Part shown: positions 1 to 14,792 of the stretch, in pieces
How the letters are laid out: each line of letters opens with the position of its first letter
Numbering within the stretch: the first letter of the stretch is position 1
Assembly (NCBI GenBank): GCA_964057225.1
Contig: OZ059900.1
Location: 23,746,001 to 23,810,000, forward strand
Source: Auanema rhodensis
Lineage: Eukaryota; Animalia; Nematoda
Length of the DNA stretch: 64,000 nt
Direction: 5' to 3'
Notes under the pieces: generated by a model
The model's input: only the letters and a program-made list of their open reading frames with translations
Told to the model about the DNA's origin: nothing
Database searches by the model: none
Made by a program: the position numbers and the translations under genes

Positions 1-3000
1 CTAGGTTTCATTAACATTGCATGAGTTTGAACTCATGAAATCGTAAGTCAAAACCTTGTTTACAGCGAAAATTCCAAAAACTGGTTTCCAGCATAATAAA
101 ATATTTCTCATGGGAAATACTGTGTTTTTGTATTTTTCTAGTGTTCAGCATGTAAAATGCTTCATTTAAGTATGTAACACGCTGAAATTCGTTGCATTTG
201 ACTACTCATATGAACAAAAATCGATTTAATCAATATTAGCCATAAGGGGCGTGCCCTCAGAATATGCTAATTTCCTTAATTTTCTAACCCCTGTTTTTTT
301 GTCGTGAAAGTGGAACTAGACGTTGTACAAACAATTTTGAGCTAGATTTCATTAACATTGCATGAGTTTGAACACATGAAATCGTAAGTCAAAACCTTGT
401 TTACAGCGAAATTTCCAAAAACTGGTTTTCCAGCATAATAAAATATTTCTCATGGGAAATACTGTGTTTTTGTATTTTTCTAGTGTTCAGCATGTAAAAT
501 GCCTCATTTTAGTATGTAACACGCTGAAATTCTTTGCATTTGACGACTCATATGAACAAAAATCGATTTAATCAATATTAGCCATAAGGGGCGTGCCCTC
601 AGAATATGCTAATTTCCTTAATTTTCTAACCCCTGTTTTTTTGTCGTGAAAGTGGAATTAGACGTTGTACGAACAATTTTGAGCTAGGTTTCATTGACAT
701 TGCATGAGTTTGAACACATGAAATCGTAAGTCAAAACCTTGTTTGCAGCGAAATTTCCAAAAACTGGTTTTCCAGCATAATAAAATATTTCTCATGGGAA
801 ATACTGTGTTTTTGTATTTTTCTAGTGTTCAGCATGTAAAATGCTTCATTTTAGTATGTAACACGCTGAAATTCGTTGCATTTGACGACTCATATGAACA
901 AAAATCGATTTAATCAATATTAGCCATAAGGGGCGTGCCCTCAGAATATGCTAATTTCCTTAATTTTCTAACCCCTGTTTTTTTGTCGTAAAAGTGGAAT
1001 TAGACGTTGTAGGAACAATTTTGAGCTAGGTTTCATTGACATTGCATGAGTTTCAACACATGAAATCGTAAGTCAAAACCTTGTTTACAGCGAAATTTCC
1101 AAAAACTGGTTTTCCAGCATAATAAAATATTTCTCATGGGAAATACTGTGTTTTTGTATTTTTCTAGTGTTCAGCATGTAAAATACTTCATTTTAGTATG
1201 TAACACGCTGAAATTCGTTGCATTTGACGACTCATATGAACAAAAATCGATTTAATCAATATTAGCCATAAGGGGCGTGCCCTCAGAATATGCTAATTTC
1301 CTTAATTTTCTAACCCCTGTTTTTTTGTCGTGAAAGTGGAACTAGACGTTGTACGAACAATTTTGAGCTAGGTTTCATTGACATTGCATGAGTTTGAACT
1401 CATGAAATCGTAAGTCAAAACCTTGTTTACAGCGAAAATTCCAAAAACTGGTTTCCAGCATAATAAAATATTTCTCATGGGAAATACTGTGTTTTTGTAT
1501 TTTTCTAGTGTTCAGCATGTAAAATGCTTCATTTTAGTATGTAACACGCTGAAATTCGTTGCATTTGACGACTCATATGAACAAAAATCGATTTAATCAA
1601 TATTAGCCATAAGGGGCGTGCCCTCAGAATATGCTAATTTCCTTAATTTTCTAACCCCTGTTTTTTTGTCGTGAAAGTGGAACTAGACGTTGTACGAACA
1701 ATTTTGAGCTAGGTTTCATTGACATTGCATGAGTTTGAACTCATGAAATCGTAAGTCAAAACCTTGTTTACAGCGAAAATTCCAAAAACTGGTTTCCAGC
1801 ATAATAAAATATTTCTCATGGGAAATACTGTGTTTTTGTATTTTTCTAGTGTTCAGCATGTAAAATGCTTCATTTTAGTATGTAACACGCTGAAATTCGT
1901 TGCATTTGACGACTCATATGAACAAAAATCGATTTAATCAATATTAGCCATAAGTGGCGTGCCCTCAGAATATGCTAATTTCCTTAATTTTCTAACCCCT
2001 GTTTTTTTGTCGTGAAAGTGGAACTAGACGTTGTACGAACAATTTTGAGCTAGGTTTCATTGACATTGCATGAGTTTGAACTCATGAAATCGTAAGTCAA
2101 AACCTTGTTTACAGCGAAAATTCCAAAAACTGGTTTCCAGCATAATAAAATATTTCTCATGGGAAATACTGTGTTTTTGTATTTTTCTAGTGTTCAGCAT
2201 GTAAAATGCTTCATTTTAGTATGTAACACGCTGAAATTCGTTGCATTTGACGACTCATATGAACAAAAATCGATTTAATCAATATTAGCCATAAGGGGCG
2301 TGCCCTCAGAATATGCTAATTTCCTTAATTTTCTAACCCCTGTTTTTTTGTCGTGAAAGTGGAACTAGACGTTGTACGAACAATTTTGAGCTAGGTTTCA
2401 TTGACATTGCATGAGTTTGAACTCATGAAATCGTAAGTCAAAACCTTGTTTACAGCGAAAATTCCAAAAACTGGTTTCCAGCATAATAAAATATTTCTCA
2501 TGGGAAATACTGTGTTTTTGTATTTTTCTAGTGTTCAGCATGTAAAATGCTTCATTTTAGTATGTAACACGCTGAAATTCGTTGCATTTGACGACTCATA
2601 TGAACAAAAATCGATTTAATCAATATTAGCCATAAGTGGCGTGCCCTCAGAATATGCTAATTTCCTTAATTTTCTAACCCCTGTTTTTTTGTCGTGAAAG
2701 TGGAACTAGACGTTGTACGAACAATTTTGAGCTAGGTTTCATTAACATTGCATGAGTTTGAACTCATGAAATCGTAAGTCAAAACCTTGTTTACAGCGAA
2801 AATTCCAAAAACTGGTTTTCCAGCATAATAAAATATTTCTCATGGGAAATACTGTGTTTTTGTATTTTTCTAGTGTTCAGCATGTAAAATGCCTCATTTT
2901 AGTATGTAACACGCTGAAATTCGTTGCATTTGACGACTCATATGAACAAAAATCGATTTAATCAATATTAGCCATAAGGGGCGTGCCCTCAGAATATGCT

Positions 3001-6000
3001 AATTTCCTTAATTTTCTAACCCCTGTTTTTTGTCGTGAAAGTGGAACTAGACGTTGTAGGAACAATTTTGAGCTAGGTTTCATTGACATTGCATGAGTTT
3101 GAACACATGAAATCGTAAGTCAAAACCTTGTTTGCAGCGAAATTTCCAAAAACTGGTTTTCCAGCATAATAAAATATTTCTCATGGGAAATACTGTGTTT
3201 TTGTATTTTTCTAGTGTTCAGCATGTAAAATGCCTCATTTTAGTATGTAACACGCTGAAATTCTTTGCATTTGACGACTCATATGAACAAAAATCGATTT
3301 AATCAATATTAGCCATAAGGGGCGTGCCCTCAGAATATGCTAATTTCCTTAATTTTCTAACCCCTGTTTTTTTGTCGTGAAAGTGGAATTAGACGTTGTA
3401 CGAACAATTTTGAGCTAGGTTTCATTGACATTGCATGAGTTTGAACACATGAAATCGTAAGTCAAAACCTTGTTTGCAGCGAAATTTCCAAAAACTGGTT
3501 TTCCAGCATAATAAAATATTTCTCATGGGAAATACTGTGTTTTTGTATTTTTCTAGTGTTCAGCATGTAAAATGCTTCATTTTAGTATGTAACACGCTGA
3601 AATTCGTTGCATTTGACGACTCATATGAACAAAAATCGATTTAATCAATATTAGCCATAAGGGGCGTGCCCTCAGAATATGCTAATTTCCTTAATTTTCT
3701 AACCCCTGTTTTTTTGTCGTAAAAGTGGAATTAGACGTTGTAGGAACAATTTTGAGCTAGGTTTCATTGACATTGCATGAGTTTCAACACATGAAATCGT
3801 AAGTCAAAACCTTGTTTACAGCGAAATTTCCAAAAACTGGTTTTCCAGCATAATAAAATATTTCTCATGGGAAATACTGTGTTTTTGTATTTTTCTAGTG
3901 TTCAGCATGTAAAATACTTCATTTTAGTATGTAACACGCTGAAATTCGTTGCATTTGACGACTCATATGAACAAAAATCGATTTAATCAATATTAGCCAT
4001 AAGGGGCGTGCCCTCAGAATATGCTAATTTCCTTAATTTTCTAACCCCTGTTTTTTTGTCGTGAAAGTGGAACTAGACGTTGTACGAACAATTTTGAGCT
4101 AGGTTTCATTGACATTGCATGAGTTTGAACTCATGAAATCGTAAGTCAAAACCTTGTTTACAGCGAAAATTCCAAAAACTGGTTTCCAGCATAATAAAAT
4201 ATTTCTCATGGGAAATACTGTGTTTTTGTATTTTTCTAGTGTTCAGCATGTAAAATGCTTCATTTTAGTATGTAACACGCTGAAATTCGTTGCATTTGAC
4301 GACTCATATGAACAAAAATCGATTTAATCAATATTAGCCATAAGGGGCGTGCCCTCAGAATATGCTAATTTCCTTAATTTTCTAACCCCTGTTTTTTTGT
4401 CGTGAAAGTGGAACTAGACGTTGTACGAACAATTTTGAGCTAGGTTTCACTGACATTGCATGAGTTTGAACTCATGAAATCGTAAGTCAAAACCTTGTTT
4501 ACAGCGAAAATTCCAAAAACTGGTTTCCAGCATAATAAAATATTTCTCATGGGAAATACTGTGTTTTTGTATTTTTCTAGTGTTCAGCATGTAAAATGCT
4601 TCATTTTAGTATGTAACACGCTGAAATTCGTTGCATTTGACGACTCATATGAACAAAAATCGATTTAATCAATATTAGCCATAAGTGGCGTGCCCTCAGA
4701 ATATGCTAATTTCCTTAATTTTCTAACCCCTGTTTTTTTGTCGTGAAAGTGGAACTAGACGTTGTACGAACAATTTTGAGCTAGGTTTCATTAACATTGC
4801 ATGAGTTTGAACTCATGAAATCGTAAGTCAAAACCTTGTTTACAGCGAAAATTCCAAAAACTGGTTTTCCAGCATAATAAAATATTTCTCATGGGAAATA
4901 CTGTGTTTTTGTATTTTTCTAGTGTTCAGCATGTAAAATGCCTCATTTTAGTATGTAACACGCTGAAATTCGTTGCATTTGACGACTCATATGAACAAAA
5001 ATCGATTTAATCAATATTAGCCATAAGGGGCGTGCCCTCAGAATATGCTAATTTCCTTAATTTTCTAACCCCTGTTTTTTTGTCGTGAAAGTGGAACTAG
5101 ACGTTGTACAAACAATTTTGAGCTAGATTTCATTAACATTGCATGAGTTTGAACACATGAAATCGTAAGTCAAAACCTTGTTTACAGCGAAATTTCCAAA
5201 AACTGGTTTTCCAGCATAATAAAATATTTCTCATGGGAAATACTGTGTTTTTGTATTTTTCTAGTGTTCAGCATGTAAAATGCCTCATTTTAGTATGTAA
5301 CACGCTGAAATTCGTTGCATTTGACGACTCATATGAACAAAAATCGATTTAATCAATATTAGCCATAAGGGGCGTGCCCTCAGAATATGCTAATTTCCTT
5401 AATTTTCTAACCCCTGTTTTTTTGTCGTGAAAGTGGAATTAGACGTTGTACGAACAATTTTGAGCTAGGTTTCATTGACATTGCATGAGTTTGAACACAT
5501 GAAATCGTAAGTCAAAACCTTGTTTGCAGCGAAATTTCCAAAAACTGGTTTTCCAGCATAATAAAATATTTCTCATGGGAAATACTGTGTTTTTGTATTT
5601 TTCTAGTGTTCAGCATGTAAAATGCTTCATTTTAGTATGTAACACGCTGAAATTCGTTGCATTTGACGACTCATATGAACAAAAATCGATTTAATCAATA
5701 TTAGCCATAAGGGGCGTGCCCTCAGAATATGCTAATTTCCTTAATTTTCTAACCCCTGTTTTTTTGTCGTGAAAGTGGAACTAGACGTTGTACAAACAAT
5801 TTTGAGCTAGATTTCATTAACATTGCATGAGTTTGAACACATGAAATCGTAAGTCAAAACCTTGTTTACAGCGAAAATTCCAAAAACTGGTTTTCCAGCA
5901 TAATAAAATATTTCTCATGGGAAATACTGTGTTTTTGTATTTTTCTAGTGTTCAGCATGTAAAATGCCTCATTTTAGTATGTAACACGCTGAAATTCGTT

Positions 6001-9000
6001 GCATTTGACGACTCATATGAACAAAAATCGATTTAATCAATATTAGCCATAAGGGGCGTGCCCTCAGAATATGCTAATTTCCTTAATTTTCTAACCCCTG
6101 TTTTTTTGTCGTGAAAGTGGAACTAGACGTTGTACAAACAATTTTGAGCTAGATTTCATTAACATTGCATGAGTTTGAACACATGAAATCGTAAGTCAAA
6201 ACCTTGTTTACAGCGAAATTTCCAAAAACTGGTTTTCCAGCATAATAAAATATTTCTCATGGGAAATACTGTGTTTTTGTATTTTTCTAGTGTTCAGCAT
6301 GTAAAATGCCTCATTTTAGTATGTAACACGCTGAAATTCGTTGCATTTGACGACTCATATGAACAAAAATCGATTTAATCAATATTAGCCATAAGGGGCG
6401 TGCCCTCAGAATATGCTAATTTCCTTAATTTTCTAACCCCTGTTTTTTTGTCGTGAAAGTGGAATTAGACGTTGTACGAACAATTTTGAGCTAGGTTTCA
6501 TTGACATTGCATGAGTTTGAACACATGAAATCGTAAGTCAAAACCTTGTTTGCAGCGAAATTTCCAAAAACTGGTTTTCCAGCATAATAAAATATTTCTC
6601 ATGGGAAATACTGTGTTTTTGTATTTTTCTAGTGTTCAGCATGTAAAATGCTTCATTTTAGTATGTAACACGCTGAAATTCGTTGCATTTGACGACTCAT
6701 ATGAACAAAAATCGATTTAATCAATATTAGCCATAAGGGGCGTGCCCTCAGAATATGCTAATTTCCTTAATTTTCTAACCCCTGTTTTTTTGTCGTGAAA
6801 GTGGAACTAGACGTTGTACAAACAATTTTGAGCTAGATTTCATTAACATTGCATGAGTTTGAACACATGAAATCGTAAGTCAAAACCTTGTTTACAGCGA
6901 AATTTCCAAAAACTGGTTTTCCAGCATAATAAAATATTTCTCATGGGAAATACTGTGTTTTTGTATTTTTCTAGTGTTCAGCATGTAAAATGCCTCATTT
7001 TAGTATGTAACACGCTGAAATTCGTTGCATTTGACGACTCATATGAACAAAAATCGATTTAATCAATATTAGCCATAAGGGGCGTGCCCTCAGAATATGC
7101 TAATTTCCTTAATTTTCTAACCCCTGTTTTTTTGTCGTGAAAGTGGAATTAGACGTTGTACGAACAATTTTGAGCTAGGTTTCATTGACATTGCATGAGT
7201 TTGAACACATGAAATCGTAAGTCAAAACCTTGTTTGCAGCGAAATTTCCAAAAACTGGTTTTCCAGCATAATAAAATATTTCTCATGGGAAATACTGTGT
7301 TTTTGTATTTTTCTAGTGTTCAGCATGTAAAATGCTTCATTTTAGTATGTAACACGCTGAAATTCGTTGCATTTGACGACTCATATGAACAAAAATCGAT
7401 TTAATCAATATTAGCCATAAGGGGCGTGCCCTCAGAATATGCTAATTTCCTTAATTTTCTAACCCCTGTTTTTTTGTCGTAAAAGTGGAATTAGACGTTG
7501 TAGGAACAATTTTGAGCTAGGTTTCATTGACATTGCATGAGTTTCAACACATGAAATCGTAAGTCAAAACCTTGTTTACAGCGAAATTTCCAAAAACTGG
7601 TTTTCCAGCATAATAAAATATTTCTCATGGGAAATACTGTGTTTTTGTATTTTTCTAGTGTTCAGCATGTAAAATACTTCATTTTAGTATGTAACACGCT
7701 GAAATTCGTTGCATTTGACGACTCATATGAACAAAAATCGATTTAATCAATATTAGCCATAAGGGGCGTGCCCTCAGAATATGCTAATTTCCTTAATTTT
7801 CTAACCCCTGTTTTTTTGTCGTGAAAGTGGAACTAGACGTTGTACGAACAATTTTGAGCTAGGTTTCATTGACATTGCATGAGTTTGAACTCATGAAATC
7901 GTAAGTCAAAACCTTGTTTACAGCGAAAATTCCAAAAACTGGTTTCCAGCATAATAAAATATTTCTCATGGGAAATACTGTGTTTTTGTATTTTTCTAGT
8001 GTTCAGCATGTAAAATGCTTCATTTTAGTATGTAACACGCTGAAATTCGTTGCATTTGACGACTCATATGAACAAAAATCGATTTAATCAATATTAGCCA
8101 TAAGGGGCGTGCCCTCAGAATATGCTAATTTCCTTAATTTTCTAACCCCTGTTTTTTTGTCGTGAAAGTGGAACTAGACGTTGTACGAACAATTTTGAGC
8201 TAGGTTTCATTGACATTGCATGAGTTTGAACTCATGAAATCGTAAGTCAAAACCTTGTTTACAGCGAAAATTCCAAAAACTGGTTTCCAGCATAATAAAA
8301 TATTTCTCATGGGAAATACTGTGTTTTTGTATTTTTCTAGTGTTCAGCATGTAAAATGCTTCATTTTAGTATGTAACACGCTGAAATTCGTTGCATTTGA
8401 CGACTCATATGAACAAAAATCGATTTAATCAATATTAGCCATAAGTGGCGTGCCCTCAGAATATGCTAATTTCCTTAATTTTCTAACCCCTGTTTTTTTG
8501 TCGTGAAAGTGGAACTAGACGTTGTACGAACAATTTTGAGCTAGGTTTCATTAACATTGCATGAGTTTGAACTCATGAAATCGTAAGTCAAAACCTTGTT
8601 TACAGCGAAAATTCCAAAAACTGGTTTTCCAGCATAATAAAATATTTCTCATGGGAAATACTGTGTTTTTGTATTTTTCTAGTGTTCAGCATGTAAAATG
8701 CCTCATTTTAGTATGTAACACGCTGAAATTCGTTGCATTTGACGACTCATATGAACAAAAATCGATTTAATCAATATTAGCCATAAGGGGCGTGCCCTCA
8801 GAATATGCTAATTTCCTTAATTTTCTAACCCCTGTTTTTTTGTCGTGAAAGTGGAACTAGACGTTGTACGAACAATTTTGAGCTAGGTTTCATTGACATT
8901 GCATGAGTTTGAACTCATGAAATCGTAAGTCAAAACCTTGTTTACAGCGAAAATTCCAAAAACTGGTTTCCAGCATAATAAAATATTTCTCATGGGAAAT

Positions 9001-12000
9001 ACTGTGTTTTTGTATTTTTCTAGTGTTCAGCATGTAAAATGCTTCATTTTAGTATGTAACACGCTGAAATTCGTTGCATTTGACGACTCATATGAACAAA
9101 AATCGATTTAATCAATATTAGCCATAAGGGGCGTGCCCTCAGAATATGCTAATTTCCTTAATTTTCTAACCCCTGTTTTTTTGTCGTGAAAGTGGAACTA
9201 GACGTTGTACGAACAATTTTGAGCTAGGTTTCATTGACATTGCATGAGTTTGAACACATGAAATCGTAAGTCAAAACCTTGTTTACAGCGAAATTTCCAA
9301 AAACTGGTTTTCCAGCATAATAAAATATTTCTCATGGGAAATACTGTGTTTTTGTATTTTTCTAGTGTTCAGCATGTAAAATGCCTCATTTTAGTATGTA
9401 ACACGCTGAAATTCGTTGCATTTGACGACTCATATGAACAAAAATCGATTTAATCAATATTAGCCATAAGGGGCGTGCCCTCAGAATATGCTAATTTCCT
9501 TAATTTTCTAACCCCTGTTTTTTTGTCGTGAAAGTGGAACTAGACGTTGTACAAACAATTTTGAGCTAGATTTCATTAACATTGCATGAGTTTGAACACA
9601 TGAAATCGTAAGTCAAAACCTTGTTTACAGCGAAATTTCCAAAAACTGGTTTTCCAGCATAATAAAATATTTCTCATGGGAAATACTGTGTTTTTGTATT
9701 TTTCTAGTGTTCAGCATGTAAAATGCCTCATTTTAGTATGTAACACGCTGAAATTCGTTGCATTTGACGACTCATATGAACAAAAATCGATTTAATCAAT
9801 ATTAGCCATAAGGGGCGTGCCCTCAGAATATGCTAATTTCCTTAATTTTCTAACCCCTGTTTTTTTGTCGTGAAAGTGGAATTAGACGTTGTACGAACAA
9901 TTTTGAGCTAGGTTTCATTGACATTGCATGAGTTTGAACACATGAAATCGTAAGTCAAAACCTTGTTTGCAGCGAAATTTCCAAAAACTGGTTTTCCAGC
10001 ATAATAAAATATTTCTCATGGGAAATACTGTGTTTTTGTATTTTTCTAGTGTTCAGCATGTAAAATGCTTCATTTTAGTATGTAACACGCTGAAATTCGT
10101 TGCATTTGACGACTCATATGAACAAAAATCGATTTAATCAATATTAGCCATAAGGGGCGTGCCCTCAGAATATGCTAATTTCCTTAATTTTCTAACCCCT
10201 GTTTTTTTGTCGTGAAAGTGGAACTAGACGTTGTACGAACAATTTTGAGCTAGGTTTCATTGACATTGCATGAGTTTGAACTCATGAAATCGTAAGTCAA
10301 AACCTTGTTTACAGCGAAAATTCCAAAAACTGGTTTCCAGCATAATAAAATATTTCTCATGGGAAATACTGTGTTTTTGTATTTTTCTAGTGTTCAGCAT
10401 GTAAAATGCTTCATTTTAGTATGTAACACGCTGAAATTCGTTGCATTTGACGACTCATATGAACAAAAATCGATTTAATCAATATTAGCCATAAGTGGCG
10501 TGCCCTCAGAATATGCTAATTTCCTTAATTTTCTAACCCCTGTTTTTTTGTCGTGAAAGTGGAACTAGACGTTGTACGAACAATTTTGAGCTAGGTTTCA
10601 TTAACATTGCATGAGTTTGAACTCATGAAATCGTAAGTCAAAACCTTGTTTACAGCGAAAATTCCAAAAACTGGTTTTCCAGCATAATAAAATATTTCTC
10701 ATGGGAAATACTGTGTTTTTGTATTTTTCTAGTGTTCAGCATGTAAAATGCCTCATTTTAGTATGTAACACGCTGAAATTCGTTGCATTTGACGACTCAT
10801 ATGAACAAAAATCGATTTAATCAATATTAGCCATAAGGGGCGTGCCCTCAGAATATGCTAATTTCCTTAATTTTCTAACCCCTGTTTTTTTGTCGTGAAA
10901 GTGGAACTAGACGTTGTACAAACAATTTTGAGCTAGATTTCATTAACATTGCATGAGTTTGAACACATGAAATCGTAAGTCAAAACCTTGTTTACAGCGA
11001 AATTTCCAAAAACTGGTTTTCCAGCATAATAAAATATTTCTCATGGGAAATACTGTGTTTTTGTATTTTTCTAGTGTTCAGCATGTAAAATGCCTCATTT
11101 TAGTATGTAACACGCTGAAATTCGTTGCATTTGACGACTCATATGAACAAAAATCGATTTAATCAATATTAGCCATAAGGGGCGTGCCCTCAGAATATGC
11201 TAATTTCCTTAATTTTCTAACCCCTGTTTTTTTGTCGTGAAAGTGGAATTAGACGTTGTACGAACAATTTTGAGCTAGGTTTCATTGACATTGCATGAGT
11301 TTGAACACATGAAATCGTAAGTCAAAACCTTGTTTGCAGCGAAATTTCCAAAAACTGGTTTTCCAGCATAATAAAATATTTCTCATGGGAAATACTGTGT
11401 TTTTGTATTTTTCTAGTGTTCAGCATGTAAAATGCTTCATTTTAGTATGTAACACGCTGAAATTCGTTGCATTTGACGACTCATATGAACAAAAATCGAT
11501 TTAATCAATATTAGCCATAAGGGGCGTGCCCTCAGAATATGCTAATTTCCTTAATTTTCTAACCCCTGTTTTTTTGTCGTGAAAGTGGAACTAGACGTTG
11601 TACGAACAATTTTGAGCTAGGTTTCATTGACATTGCATGAGTTTGAACTCATGAAATCGTAAGTCAAAACCTTGTTTACAGCGAAAATTCCAAAAACTGG
11701 TTTCCAGCATAATAAAATTTTTCTCATGGGAAATACTGTGTTTTTGTATTTTTCTAGTGTTCAGCATGTAAAATGCTTCATTTTAGTATGTAACACGCTG
11801 AAATTCGTTGCATTTGACGACTCATATGAACAAAAATCGATTTAATCAATATTAGCCATAAGTGGCGTGCCCTCAGAATATGCTAATTTCCTTAATTTTC
11901 TAACCCCTGTTTTTTTGTCGTGAAAGTGGAACTAGACGTTGTACGAACAATTTTGAGCTAGGTTTCATTAACATTGCATGAGTTTGAACTCATGAAATCG

Positions 12001-12983
12001 TAAGTCAAAACCTTGTTTACAGCGAAAATTCCAAAAACTGGTTTTCCAGCATAATAAAATATTTCTCATGGGAAATACTGTGTTTTTGTATTTTTCTAGT
12101 GTTCAGCATGTAAAATGCCTCATTTTAGTATGTAACACGCTGAAATTCGTTGCATTTGACGACTCATATGAACAAAAATCGATTTAATCAATATTAGCCA
12201 TAAGGGGCGTGCCCTCAGAATATGCTAATTTCCTTAATTTTCTAACCCCTGTTTTTTTGTCGTGAAAGTGGAACTAGACGTTGTACAAACAATTTTGAGC
12301 TAGATTTCATTAACATTGCATGAGTTTGAACACATGAAATCGTAAGTCAAAACCTTGTTTACAGCGAAATTTCCAAAAACTGGTTTTCCAGCATAATAAA
12401 ATATTTCTCATGGGAAATACTGTGTTTTTGTATTTTTCTAGTGTTCAGCATGTAAAATGCCTCATTTTAGTATGTAACACGCTGAAATTCGTTGCATTTG
12501 ACGACTCATATGAACAAAAATCGATTTAATCAATATTAGCCATAAGGGGCGTGCCCTCAGAATATGCTAATTTCCTTAATTTTCTAACCCCTGTTTTTTT
12601 GTCGTGAAAGTGGAATTAGACGTTGTACGAACAATTTTGAGCTAGGTTTCATTGACATTGCATGAGTTTGAACACATGAAATCGTAAGTCAAAACCTTGT
12701 TTGCAGCGAAATTTCCAAAAACTGGTTTTCCAGCATAATAAAATATTTCTCATGGGAAATACTGTGTTTTTGTATTTTTCTAGTGTTCAGCATGTAAAAT
12801 GCTTCATTTTAGTATGTAACACGCTGAAATTCGTTGCATTTGACGACTCATATGAACAAAAATCGATTTAATCAATATTAGCCATAAGGGGCGTGCCCTC
12901 AGAATATGCTAATTTCCTTAATTTTCTAACCCCTGTTTTTTTGTCGTGAAAGTGGAACTAGACGTTGTACGAACAATTTTGAG
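1..12983 (+). repeat. Satellite domain 1: 6-mer (~2.05 kb) and derived 4-mer (1367 bp) higher-order repeats
   Basis: Private variants G5A, G13A, A33T, a T deletion in CTGGTTT(T)CC, T162C, G248T and C317T disappear after 12983. The same six-monomer order starts at 342, 3073 and 6833. The 4-mer starts at 9566, 10933 and 12300 (partial). Confidence 0.85.
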
Positions 12984-14792
12984 CTAGGTTTCATTGACAT
13001 TGCATGAGTTTGAACACATGAAATCGTAAGTCAAAACCTTGTTTACAGCGAAATTTCCAAAAACTGGTTTTCCAGCATAATAAAATATTTCTCATGGGAA
13101 ATACTGTGTTTTTGTATTTTTCTAGTGTTCAGCATGTAAAATGCTTCATTTTAGTATGTAACACGCTGAAATTCGTTGCATTTGACGACTCATATGAACA
13201 AAAATCGATTTAATCAATATTAGCCATAAGGGGCGTGCCCTCAGAATATGCTAATTTCCTTAATTTTCTAACCCCTGTTTTTTTGTCGTGAAAGTGGAAC
13301 TAGACGTTTTACAAACAATTTTGAGCTAGGTTTCATTGACATTGCATGAGTTTGAACACATGAAATCGTAAGTCAAAACCTTGTTTACAGCGAAATTTCC
13401 AAAAACTGGTTTTCCAGCATAATAAAATATTTCTCATTTGAAATACTGTGTTTTTGTATTTTTCTAGTGTTCAACATGTAAAATGCTTCATTTTAGTATG
13501 TAACACGCTGAAATTCGTTGCATTTGACGACTCATATGAACAAAAATCGATTTAATCAAAATTAGCCATAAGGGGCGTGCCCTCAGAATATGCTAATTTC
13601 CTTAATTTTCTAACCCCTGTTTTTTGTCGTGAAAGTGGAACTAGACGTTGTAGGAACAATTTTGAGCTAGGTTTCATTGACATTGCATGAGTTTGAACAC
13701 ATGAAATCGTAAGTCAAAACCTTGTTTACAGCGAAATTTCCAAAAACTGGTTTTCCAGCATAATAAAATATTTCTCATGGGAAAAACTGTGTTTTCGTAT
13801 TTTTCTAGTGTTCAGCATGTAAAATGCTTCATTTTAGTATGTAACACGCTGAAATTCGTTGCATTTGACGACTCATATGAACAAAAATCGATTTAATCAA
13901 TATTAGCCATAAGGGGCGTGCCCTCAGAATATGCTAATTTCCTTAATTTTCTAACCCCTGTTTTTTGTCGTGAAAGTGGAACTAGACGTTGTAGGAACAA
14001 TTTTGAGCTAGGTTTCATTGACATTGCATGAGTTTGAACACATGAAATCGTAAGTCAAAACCTTGTTTACAGCGAAATTTCCAAAAACTGGTTTTCCAGC
14101 ATAATAAAATATTTCTCATGGGAAATACTGTGTTTTTGTATTTTTCTAGTGTTCAGCATGTAAAATACTTCATTTGAGTATGTAACACGCTGAAATTCGT
14201 TGCATTTGACGACTCATATGAACAAAAATCGATTTAATCAATATTAGCCATAAGGGGCGTGCCCTCAGAATATGCTAATTTCCTAAATTTTCTAACCCCT
14301 GTTTTTTTGTCGTGAAAGTGGAACTAGACGTTGTAAGAACAATTTTGAGCTAGGTTTCATTGACATTGCATGAGTTTGAACACATGAAATCGTAAGTCAA
14401 ACCTTGTTTACAGCGAAATTTCCAAAAACTGGTTTTCCAGCATAATAAAATATTTCTCATGGGAAATACTGTGTTTTTGTATTTTTCTAGTGTTCAGCAT
14501 GTGAAATGCTTCATTTTAGTATGTAACACGCTGAAATTCGTTGCATTTGACTACTCATATGAACAAAAATCGATTTAATCAATATTAGCCATAAGGGGCG
14601 TGCCCTCAGAATATGCTAATTTCCTTAATTTTCTAACCCCTGTTTTTTTGTCGTGAAAGTGGAACTAGACGTTGCACAAACAATTTTGAGCTAGGTTTCA
14701 TTGACATTGCATGAGTTTGAACACATGAAATCGTAAGTCAAAACCTCGTTTACAGCGAAAATTCCAAAAACTGGTTTTCCAGCATAATAAAA

